Assembly (NCBI GenBank): GCA_963801815.1
Contig: CAWDGJ010000003.1
Span: forward strand, 512,001-576,000
DNA: 64,000 nt
Reading direction: 5' to 3'
Source: an uncultured Verrucomicrobiae bacterium
Lineage (GTDB): Bacteria > Verrucomicrobiota > Verrucomicrobiia > Chthoniobacterales > UBA10450
Every line of letters starts with the position of its first letter. Positions within the stretch are counted from its first letter, which is position 1. Positions 56,976 to 64,000 of this stretch are shown one piece after another. Below the pieces are notes generated by a model. It ran no database searches and had not been told where the DNA came from. It saw nothing but the letters and a program-made list of their open reading frames with translations. A program made the translations under genes and the position numbers.

Positions 56976-57680
56976 GTGCGTGCCGAACTGGAACAACTCC
57001 TCATCCTTCAAGATCGACAACAAAAGATCCGACAGATCGAAAGCGAGATAAAAAGTCTGCCGCTGCAGCGCAAGCATCTCGAAGCTCAATTGGCGGACAG
57101 CGCGGCGGCTCTGGAGGGGAGCAAGCACAAGGCGCGGCAAGTCGAGGTCGACCGCAAGAAGCTTGAGCTCGATGTCGGCACGCGTACCGAAAGCATCAAC
57201 CGGCTCAAGACTCAGCAATATCAAACCCGCAAGAACGACGAGTTCCAGGCAATGGGTCACGAGATCCAGCGCTACGAGGACGAAATTCGCAAACTGGAGG
57301 ACGAAGAGCTCGAGCTGATGGAGCAGGGGGATAAGTTGAAGACCGAAGTGGCCGCCGAGGAAAAAAAAGCTGCAGCGACCAAGGACTCGATTACCCGCCA
57401 AATGAATGATCTCGGCGAGAAAACCAAAGCGCTCGAAGCGCGCCTGCAGGAATTATCGAAAGAACGGGCGGGGTTGGCAGAAAAAATGGACGAGGATCTG
57501 TTGGATCGCTTTGAACGACTTTTCGTCAGTAAAGGCGATTCAGCGATCGTGGCTGTGGAGCACGGTTTTTGCACCGGTTGTCACATGAGGCTGACGACGG
57601 CGACGGTGAATGCGGCTGAGGCCGGCAAGGAAATCGTCAACTGCGAGCAGTGCGGAAGAATTCTCTACGTTCCGGCGTAG
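56976..57680 (+). CDS. Coiled-coil plus C4 zinc-ribbon protein (CT398/HP0958-like)
   Basis: Long coiled coil; CTGCHM...CEQCGRILY. Confidence 0.92.
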   Translation: MRAELEQLLILQDRQQKIRQIESEIKSLPLQRKHLEAQLADSAAALEGSKHKARQVEVDRKKLELDVGTRTESINRLKTQQYQTRKNDEFQAMGHEIQRYEDEIRKLEDEELELMEQGDKLKTEVAAEEKKAAATKDSITRQMNDLGEKTKALEARLQELSKERAGLAEKMDEDLLDRFERLFVSKGDSAIVAVEHGFCTGCHMRLTTATVNAAEAGKEIVNCEQCGRILYVPA

Positions 57681-57694
57681 CTCGACATCGTCCC

Positions 57695-57829
57695 GGGGAA
57701 CGCACCCGCCACGCGTGCACGTTTCGGCGCCTCGCCGAAACGACAGCAAGCTGTCAGGCTTTTCTCATATCGGTAAAGACGGCGATCGCGAGGGCGCGAT
57801 CGCCAGCACGCGCGGCGCGTGCGCTCCCC
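57695..57829. repeat. Long palindromic intergenic element (REP doublet) between convergent genes
   Basis: GGGGAACGCACCCGCCACGCGTGC...GCACGCGCGGCGCGTGCGCTCCCC, with internal hairpins CGTTTCGGCG/CGCCGAAACG and GGCGATCGCG/CGCGATCGCC. Confidence 0.75.
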
Positions 57830-57834
57830 AGAAT

Positions 57835-58959
57835 TCAAACATTGAACCGAAACGTGATTACGTCGCCGTCCCGGACCTCGTACTCTTTGCCTTCGAGCCG
57901 AAGTTTTCCTGACTCACGCGCTTTCGCGAACGAACCGAGCGCGATCAAATCCTCATAAGCCGTCGTTTCGGCGGCAATGAAGCCGCGCTCGAAATCCGAA
58001 TGGATCGCGCCCGCGGCCTGCGGCGCTTTTTCGCCTGCGTGAATGGTCCAGGCTCGCGTTTCCTTTTCACCGGTGGTGAAAAACGTACGAAGTCCGAGCA
58101 AGTGATAAGCTGCGCGGATGAGCGCGTGCACGCCGCTGTCTTCCACCCCGAGCCCCCGTAAATATTCCAACGCTTCGTCTTCGCTGAGATCGACCAGTTC
58201 GCTTTCGATCCGTGCGCTGATCACGAATGCTTCGGTGCCGAAGTGATGTCGCGCGTAATCTTGAACAAGACCGACATACTCGGCCGAGGCATTATTTTTG
58301 TCGCCCTTCGCGACGGCCGCGAGATCGGTTTCCGCGACGTTGCAGGCGAAAAGAGTCGGCTTGGAAGTGAGAAGAAAGAAATTGCGAGCGATAGCTTTCT
58401 CTTCCGGATCGAGCGGTGCAGAAATTGCAGGTTTTCCAGAATCCAGATGCGGCAACAGTTTTTCAATCACCGCGCTTTCGACTTTGGCGCTTTTCTCACC
58501 CGCGCGAACTTCCTTTTGCAGTCGATCGTGGCGTTTTTGGAGCGAGGCCAGATCGGCCAGCACAAGCTCGGTATTGATCACTTCGATGTCGCGGATCGGA
58601 TCAATCGTCGCGTTCACGTGGTGAACATCCGGATCGACGAAACAGCGGACCACCTGGATGATCGCATCGACCTCGCGGATGTGACTGAGAAACTGATTGC
58701 CGAGCCCTTCGCCCGCGCTCGCGCCTTTAACCAAACCCGCGATGTCGACAAACTGGATCGCCGTGGGCGTAACTTTTTTCGACTTGGAAATCTCCTCGAG
58801 CTTTTGCAGTCGCGCATCAGGGACGGTCACGACACCGACGTTGGGATCGATGGTGCAGAATGGATAATTTTCCGCGGGCGCGTTGTGCGTCCGAGTGACG
58901 GCATTAAACAACGTCGATTTTCCGACGTTTGGTAATCCCACGATTCCGGCACTAAGCAT
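57835..58959 (-). CDS. ychF: Ribosome-binding ATPase YchF
   Basis: GIVGLPNVGKSTLFN; NYPFCTIDPN; DIAGLVKGA; IHSDFERGFI; FRFNV. Confidence 0.98.
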   Translation of the reverse strand: MLSAGIVGLPNVGKSTLFNAVTRTHNAPAENYPFCTIDPNVGVVTVPDARLQKLEEISKSKKVTPTAIQFVDIAGLVKGASAGEGLGNQFLSHIREVDAIIQVVRCFVDPDVHHVNATIDPIRDIEVINTELVLADLASLQKRHDRLQKEVRAGEKSAKVESAVIEKLLPHLDSGKPAISAPLDPEEKAIARNFFLLTSKPTLFACNVAETDLAAVAKGDKNNASAEYVGLVQDYARHHFGTEAFVISARIESELVDLSEDEALEYLRGLGVEDSGVHALIRAAYHLLGLRTFFTTGEKETRAWTIHAGEKAPQAAGAIHSDFERGFIAAETTAYEDLIALGSFAKARESGKLRLEGKEYEVRDGDVITFRFNV

Positions 58960-58966
58960 CTTCTTC

Positions 58967-58992
58967 TGTAGCGGCGGTCGTCGGACGTCGCA
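58967..58992. repeat. Degenerate GTAG-type REP unit
   Basis: TGTAGCGGCGGTCGTCGGACGTCGC, similar to 34246-34271. Confidence 0.5.
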
Positions 58993-59046
58993 AATTTCAG
59001 CGGTGGAGATTTGTTCCGGATGAGTGAATAATTCGCCTCTGTAAAT

Positions 59047-59120
59047 CGGGCTGTAGTTCAGCTTGGTAGAACGCTTGAATGGGGTTCAAGAGGTCGTGGG
59101 TTCAAATCCCGCCAGCCCGA
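59047..59120 (+). tRNA. tRNA-Pro(GGG), CCA not encoded
   Basis: Acceptor CGGGCTG/CAGCCCG-A; D arm GTTC..GGTA..GAAC; anticodon arm CTTGA-ATGGGGT-TCAAG; T loop GGTTCAAATCC. Confidence 0.95.
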
Positions 59121-59138
59121 GTTGTTTTAAACCCCCAG

Positions 59139-59579
59139 ATGAATGCGCGCATCGCCGTCCTTCTCCTAAATCTTGCGGCATTTCAGGCGCACGGAGCGGA
59201 GCACGATTCGATCCGACTGAATACCGCTGCATTCGACTTTGCGTGCGAACTGATTAACCAGGGCCGCTTCCTTGCCGACAAGAAAGGCGACTGGAGCAGT
59301 GATCATCCGACTCGAGCACAAGAAAATGATTTTGTTCGCAACCATGGATTCCGGGAATATGCGAAGTGGTATCTCGCCATGGATGAGCGCCGTGGGCCAA
59401 ATGGCAAAGCGCGATACAAGTTCCCATTCGGCGATTTTCGAAATGTTCACCGCTGTGGCTTGCTTGCGGTCAAAGCGCGTGCTCACCAATACGGCTATCA
59501 GGAAATCGAAGATGCCGCAGCGAAGTTGCTCGCGATGATCGAATCATCCGGCCCAGCTCGTCAAAAACGCATCGATTAA
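59139..59579 (+). CDS. Hypothetical protein
   Basis: Open 146-aa frame after the tRNA; WSSDHPT...YAKWYLA...RYKFPFGDF.NVHRCGL. Confidence 0.7.
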   Translation: MNARIAVLLLNLAAFQAHGAEHDSIRLNTAAFDFACELINQGRFLADKKGDWSSDHPTRAQENDFVRNHGFREYAKWYLAMDERRGPNGKARYKFPFGDFRNVHRCGLLAVKARAHQYGYQEIEDAAAKLLAMIESSGPARQKRID

Positions 59580-60431
59580 CTGCGGCAAATCCTCGCTGTA
59601 GCCACCCTCAAGAATCGCGGCGATAGGAATGCCTGCTAGGCCGGAGCGTTGGGAAGGCGAGTCGATCTCGCGCAGCCATTCTCCGAACGCCGCGAAATCT
59701 TCTTGTTCGAGGGTCATCTGGACCAACGGATCGCGGACGTAGGCGTCAAACCCGGCGGATACGAGAATTACATCGGGTTTAAACGCGACAAGTTTGTCTA
59801 AGGCGCGCTTGCAAACATTCACATGCTCTTGGCGCGGCGTCTGTGGCGCGACCGGGTAATTGTCGATGTTGGCGAAAGATTTCTCGCCAGTTCCCGGATA
59901 AGCGGGGAATTGGTGGATGGAAGCGAAGCGAATTCGCGAATTGTTAGCGACAATGTCCTCGGTTCCATTTCCGTGATGCGCGTCGAAATCCCAAATCGCG
60001 ACGCGTTCTGCGCCGTTTTCCAGCGCGTCGAGTGCTGCGACCGCGATGTTGCTGAAATAACAAAAGCCCATCGCTCGAGTGCGTGTGGCGTGATGTCCCG
60101 GCGGCCGCATCAGAGTGAACGCGCGTTCGCCTTTCATTGCGGCGCGCGCAGCTTCAATCGCGGCTCCAGCGGATTGGCGCGCGTAAGTGTCGATCTTTGG
60201 ATAAGCCGGCGTGTCGAGATCGAAATCGCCGCGCGGATTTCTAATGTGCTCAATGTGTTCCTGCGAATGCGCGCGCAGCAACTTCTTGTCAGTGACGGGT
60301 CGCGGTTCGAGCCATGTCCAATCCGCGTGTCGTTCTTTCAAAATCGGAACGGTTCGTGCGATTCGGGACGGGCGTTCCGGATGCCCCGGGGCAGAATATT
60401 CGATGCAGTGTGGGTCGTGAAAAATAATCAC
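59544..60431 (-). CDS. Histone-deacetylase-family (Zn) deacylase
   Basis: GHPERP.R; RPPGHHA; GFC; DFDAHHGNGT; SAGFDA; LEGGY. Confidence 0.95.
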   Translation of the reverse strand: MIIFHDPHCIEYSAPGHPERPSRIARTVPILKERHADWTWLEPRPVTDKKLLRAHSQEHIEHIRNPRGDFDLDTPAYPKIDTYARQSAGAAIEAARAAMKGERAFTLMRPPGHHATRTRAMGFCYFSNIAVAALDALENGAERVAIWDFDAHHGNGTEDIVANNSRIRFASIHQFPAYPGTGEKSFANIDNYPVAPQTPRQEHVNVCKRALDKLVAFKPDVILVSAGFDAYVRDPLVQMTLEQEDFAAFGEWLREIDSPSQRSGLAGIPIAAILEGGYSEDLPQLIDAFLTSWAG

Positions 60432-60566
60432 GCTGGCGTGCTTTGTAACATGTTTGTGTCAAAGCGCGATTGCAATTGACCGAAGTTCTGGGCTCGCGAA
60501 ATTGTAGTCGGCAGCACGCAAGTTGCTGCAAATTGCTTCATGACCATAACAACGAAAGGAATCAAA

Positions 60567-61319
60567 ATGAAGAGTGGAATGCTTAAGTTGTGTATTGCAG
60601 TTGTATCGAGTCTGGCCGTGGCCGGCTGGGTGAAGGGGGCGAATCCGACGGTGGACGACGTCGGCGACGCTGACTCGTTCGGCAACAATGCCATTTACCT
60701 GGGCGCGGAAAGCGGATTCATAACCCTGCAAACCGATCCATGTCCGGCGCCAACGCCCGGACCCAGTCCATCCACGAATCCGGCGAACGGAGACCAATGT
60801 TTCCAGATCGCGGACACAATCGTCACAACGCCGTTCGATGCCGAAAACAGTGCCCGGATTAATCTCCCGAAAAACGCTACCAAGACGATTATCTATCCAG
60901 TTTTGAACTTCTTCTACACCTACAACATGAACAACACGACCGGCGGATCGGCGCAGGCGCGGTTTCAATTCACGGCCAACATCAGCATTGTCAGCGATGT
61001 GTTGAATGACCCGACTTGTATCGATCCGAACACGAGCGCTCCGTGTGGAGGCAAGCTTACCTTTCAGTTCAGTCCCAATCGCGTGTTTGACGATCGTCAT
61101 CTCGATGCCGGTGAGACTGCCCAGGTGCGGCTGACGCTGACCCGCGCGGGCAATGCTGGAATCAGCAAAGCAGGACTGGTAGGGCAAGGCTTGCCTTCCG
61201 CACTGGTGGACAAGCTATTCAACAAACCAATGACGCTTCAGTTGAACGTAGTGGGTACGGCGAAAAATGTCGATTTCGCATCGGTGACGGGCAACATGCG
61301 GTTGTTCGGTGATAAGTGA
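60567..61319 (+). CDS. Exported hypothetical beta-rich protein with Cys pairs
   Basis: Signal peptide ending VKG-A; Thr/Asn/Pro-rich; followed by a strong hairpin. Confidence 0.75.
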   Translation: MKSGMLKLCIAVVSSLAVAGWVKGANPTVDDVGDADSFGNNAIYLGAESGFITLQTDPCPAPTPGPSPSTNPANGDQCFQIADTIVTTPFDAENSARINLPKNATKTIIYPVLNFFYTYNMNNTTGGSAQARFQFTANISIVSDVLNDPTCIDPNTSAPCGGKLTFQFSPNRVFDDRHLDAGETAQVRLTLTRAGNAGISKAGLVGQGLPSALVDKLFNKPMTLQLNVVGTAKNVDFASVTGNMRLFGDK

Positions 61320-61347
61320 TCTAAGAAGAACCACAGTAAACTTATGT

Positions 61348-61385
61348 CCGCCGCTTCGGTGAAAACCGAAGCGGCGGTTCATTTT
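61348..61385 (+). terminator. Intrinsic terminator
   Basis: CCGCCGCTTCGGT-GAAA-ACCGAAGCGGCGG-TTCATTTT. Confidence 0.8.
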
Positions 61386-61441
61386 AGCGGAGATTCTTAC
61401 TTGATGAAGCCAGCGGCAATGCGGATGGTGCGCGTCGTTTA

Positions 61442-62179
61442 ATGGTAAAGGGTCAGAAAATTGTAGTGGTGATGCCGGCCTATAACGCCGCCCGCACCTT
61501 GCAACGAACCTACGACGAGGTGATGCAACAGGGGATCGTCGATCTCGTCATCGTGGTGGACGATGCAAGCCACGACGAAACGGCGGCAATCGCGCGCACG
61601 TTGCCGAACGTGCAGGTGGACGTGCATCCCGAAAATCGCGGCTATGGCGGCAACCAAAAAACCTGTTACCGCCTCGCCCTTGAGGCCGGTGCCGACATCG
61701 TCGTAATGATACATCCGGACTACCAATACACGCCGCAAATTCTCCCGGCGATGGCCTCTATGGTGGCGAGCGGGCTCTATCCCTGCGTCCTCGGCTCCCG
61801 CATTCTCGGTGGCGGCGCGCTCGACGGCGGAATGCCGTGGTGGAAATACGTCGCCAATCGTTTCCTGACCGCGGCCGAAAATTTCATGATCGGCGCCAAG
61901 CTCTCGGAATATCACACCGGCTATCGGGCGTTTGCTCGCACTTTGCTGGAACGGGTGCCGATCGAGAAGAACTCGGACGACTTCGTTTTCGACAATCAAA
62001 TGCTCGCCCAAATCGTATGGTTCGGTTTCAGGATCGGCGAAGTCAGCTGTCCCGCGAAATACATGCCTGAAATGTCTTCGATTAATTTTCGCCGCAGCGT
62101 GCGTTACGGGCTCGGCTGTTTGGGAACGGCATTGCATTTTCGCCTGGCGCGATGGCGACTGGCTTCGCCTCCGGTTTAA
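61442..62179 (+). CDS. GT2 glycosyltransferase (polyprenol-phosphate sugar synthase-like)
   Basis: VVMPAYN; VVDDAS.D; NRGYG; HPDYQY; SEYHTGYRA. Confidence 0.92.
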   Translation: MVKGQKIVVVMPAYNAARTLQRTYDEVMQQGIVDLVIVVDDASHDETAAIARTLPNVQVDVHPENRGYGGNQKTCYRLALEAGADIVVMIHPDYQYTPQILPAMASMVASGLYPCVLGSRILGGGALDGGMPWWKYVANRFLTAAENFMIGAKLSEYHTGYRAFARTLLERVPIEKNSDDFVFDNQMLAQIVWFGFRIGEVSCPAKYMPEMSSINFRRSVRYGLGCLGTALHFRLARWRLASPPV

Positions 62180-62181
62180 CG

Positions 62182-64000
62182 ATGCCGACAGCGCCGGAAC
62201 TGACGGGCCAGCGGAACGATCGTCGAATCAAACTCGCGGTTTGCATCTTCCTCACGGCGATCATCTGGATCGTGTTCGCTCAGACACTTCGGCACGATTT
62301 CATCAATTTCGACGACGACCGCTATGTTTACGAAAACAGCGAGGTCAGTCGCGGACTTACTGTCGAAGGATTCAGGTGGTTGCTCACTCACAGCCATGCC
62401 GACCTTTGGCATCCGCTGACGACTCTGAGCCATATGCTCGATTGTCAGATCTATGGGCTGAAACCCGCGGGCCATCATTTCACCAACGTCCTTTTGCACA
62501 ACATCGGAGCGGTGTTGCTGTTTTTGGTGCTTTGCAGAATGACCGGCCGTCCGAGCCGGACTGGCACCATTTGGCGAAGCGCCTTTGTCGCGGCGATTTT
62601 TGCCATTCATCCAATGCGCGTGGAATCGGTGGCCTGGATCGCGGAACGCAAGGATGTGCTCAGCGGCGTCTTTTTTATGCTGACTTTGGCCGCGTATTTC
62701 CGTTACGCGCGCGCGCCGAGCATAGGTCGTTACATCGCGATGTCGGTCTTCGTGGTCTGCGGTTTAATGTCGAAGGCGACGTTTGTCACCGTGCCGGTAG
62801 TGTTGCTGTTGTTAGATTATTGGCCGCTCCAAAGATGTCAGAGGTCAGATGTCAGCGGTCAGCGATCAGCGGCCCTTGGTCTTGTTCTTGAAAAGATTCC
62901 GTTGCTGGCGCTGTCAGCCGCTGCCGCTGCCGTGACGATATTCGTGCAAAGAGTTACCATGCCGACGTTGGATCAATTGCCGCTTCTGCCGCGGACCAAG
63001 AATGCGGCTGTGAGTCTCGTCGCTTATTTCGGCCAAATGTTTTGGCCAACCGGTCTCTCGATTTTTTATCCGCATCCGCACGATCAGTTGAATGTCTGGC
63101 TGGTCCTCGCTTCAGCGTCGCTGCTGATTGCGATCACGCTGCTCGTTATCTTTCTGCGGCGAGAGCGGCCTTACCTGTTCGTTGGCTGGTTCTGGTTCTT
63201 GATTCTGGTTGCGCCGGTATCCGGGATTTTTCAGGCAGGCCTGCAAGCCAGGGCCGATCGTTTTACTTACTTGCCGCACATTGGAATCACGATTGCCCTG
63301 ACTTGGGCGATCGCGGACCTGACGAAGCAGTGGCAGAACCGAAGTGTGATTCTGACGTCAACGGCGAGTTGCTTTATTGTCGCATTCGCGATTGTCAGTT
63401 GGAAACAAACCACCTACTGGCGCGATAGTATTTCGGTTTGGAAGCACGCGCTCGTCGTTACCTCCAACAATCAGACCGCCCACCGGGATTTGGCCGCTGC
63501 GTTGTATGCGCACGGTCAGATTGCCGAATCTAAAATCCAATCGCGAACTGCCGACATCATTCACGCCCAAACAACGCTGAAGGATTACCCCCTTGATGTT
63601 TCGGTGCGCGATAACCTCGGCATTCTCCTGATTCGAGCTGGCGACACTTCCGGCGCAATCCAGCAGTGGGAAACTAGTTTGCAGATCAATCCAAACGACG
63701 GCAACGCTCTCAACAATCTCGCTTGGATATTGGCAACTTATCCTATCGACTCGGTCCGCGACGGTAAAAGAGCGGTCGAACTGGCGAAGAAAGCGGTCGC
63801 TCTTCCCGGCGGACAATTACCAGTGGTGCTTCGGACCCTGGCCGCGGCTTATGCTGAGAATGGTGACTTTGCCAATGCAATCGATACCGCACAGCGCGCA
63901 GCGGAGTTGGCCAGTGCTCAAGGAAACAGTTCGCTCGCCGAAACTTTGCGGCATGAAGCAGAACTTTATCTGGCGCATACGGTGTATCGTGAAAAACCTC
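62182..64000 (+). CDS. TMTC-like GT-C membrane glycosyltransferase with C-terminal TPRs (3' end beyond the window)
   Basis: Manual translation: FINFDDDRYVYEN...WHPLT...FAIHPMRVESVAWIAERKDVLS...ADRFTYLP...ALNNLAWILAT. Absent from the ORF track because it has no stop. Confidence 0.88.
   Translation, partial: MPTAPELTGQRNDRRIKLAVCIFLTAIIWIVFAQTLRHDFINFDDDRYVYENSEVSRGLTVEGFRWLLTHSHADLWHPLTTLSHMLDCQIYGLKPAGHHFTNVLLHNIGAVLLFLVLCRMTGRPSRTGTIWRSAFVAAIFAIHPMRVESVAWIAERKDVLSGVFFMLTLAAYFRYARAPSIGRYIAMSVFVVCGLMSKATFVTVPVVLLLLDYWPLQRCQRSDVSGQRSAALGLVLEKIPLLALSAAAAAVTIFVQRVTMPTLDQLPLLPRTKNAAVSLVAYFGQMFWPTGLSIFYPHPHDQLNVWLVLASASLLIAITLLVIFLRRERPYLFVGWFWFLILVAPVSGIFQAGLQARADRFTYLPHIGITIALTWAIADLTKQWQNRSVILTSTASCFIVAFAIVSWKQTTYWRDSISVWKHALVVTSNNQTAHRDLAAALYAHGQIAESKIQSRTADIIHAQTTLKDYPLDVSVRDNLGILLIRAGDTSGAIQQWETSLQINPNDGNALNNLAWILATYPIDSVRDGKRAVELAKKAVALPGGQLPVVLRTLAAAYAENGDFANAIDTAQRAAELASAQGNSSLAETLRHEAELYLAHTVYREKP

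Noticed and set aside
59047..61400. Integrative island at tRNA-Pro
   Set aside because: No integrase and no duplicated tRNA 3' end seen in the window.

Overview
Bacterial chromosomal window with high GC content, most likely Verrucomicrobiota (Chthoniobacterales/Spartobacteria-like). That assignment is an inference from gene order, protein style and repeat families. Positions 1-19.7 kb hold yajC-tgt, divergent from a merged str/S10/spc/alpha ribosomal cluster (rpsL to rpsD). The cluster lacks tuf, rpsN, rpmD and rpoA-rplQ, and carries a non-ribosomal secreted coiled-coil gene between rpsS and rplV. The rest is mostly housekeeping: trpF, an orphan secretin, an ECF sigma factor, mqnE-mqnA, recJ-recG-htrA, asd, two L,D-transpeptidases, hutH-hutU-ftcD-hutI, tig-clpP-clpX-cinA, an FKBP, nadD-rsfS, nagZ, an OPT transporter, ychF, tRNA-Pro(GGG), an HDAC-family gene, a GT2 and a TMTC-like GT-C/TPR gene. 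Many essential genes in 0-16 kb and 33-36 kb are frameshifted, almost certainly from assembly indel errors. The most notable observations are: (1) a membrane-anchored peroxiredoxin-like selenoprotein (in-frame UGA in W-U-P-L-C plus a SECIS-like hairpin) that the ORF track splits in two; (2) palindromic and 7-8-mer repeat elements that sit both between genes and in frame inside proteins; (3) a triplicated nagZ 5' end interleaved with palindromes; (4) a SecY with an extra C-terminal transmembrane helix; (5) a terminator-like leader ahead of rpsL; (6) an apparent ATA start codon for rsfS; (7) a candidate lysozyme-like muramidase coupled to an L,D-transpeptidase.
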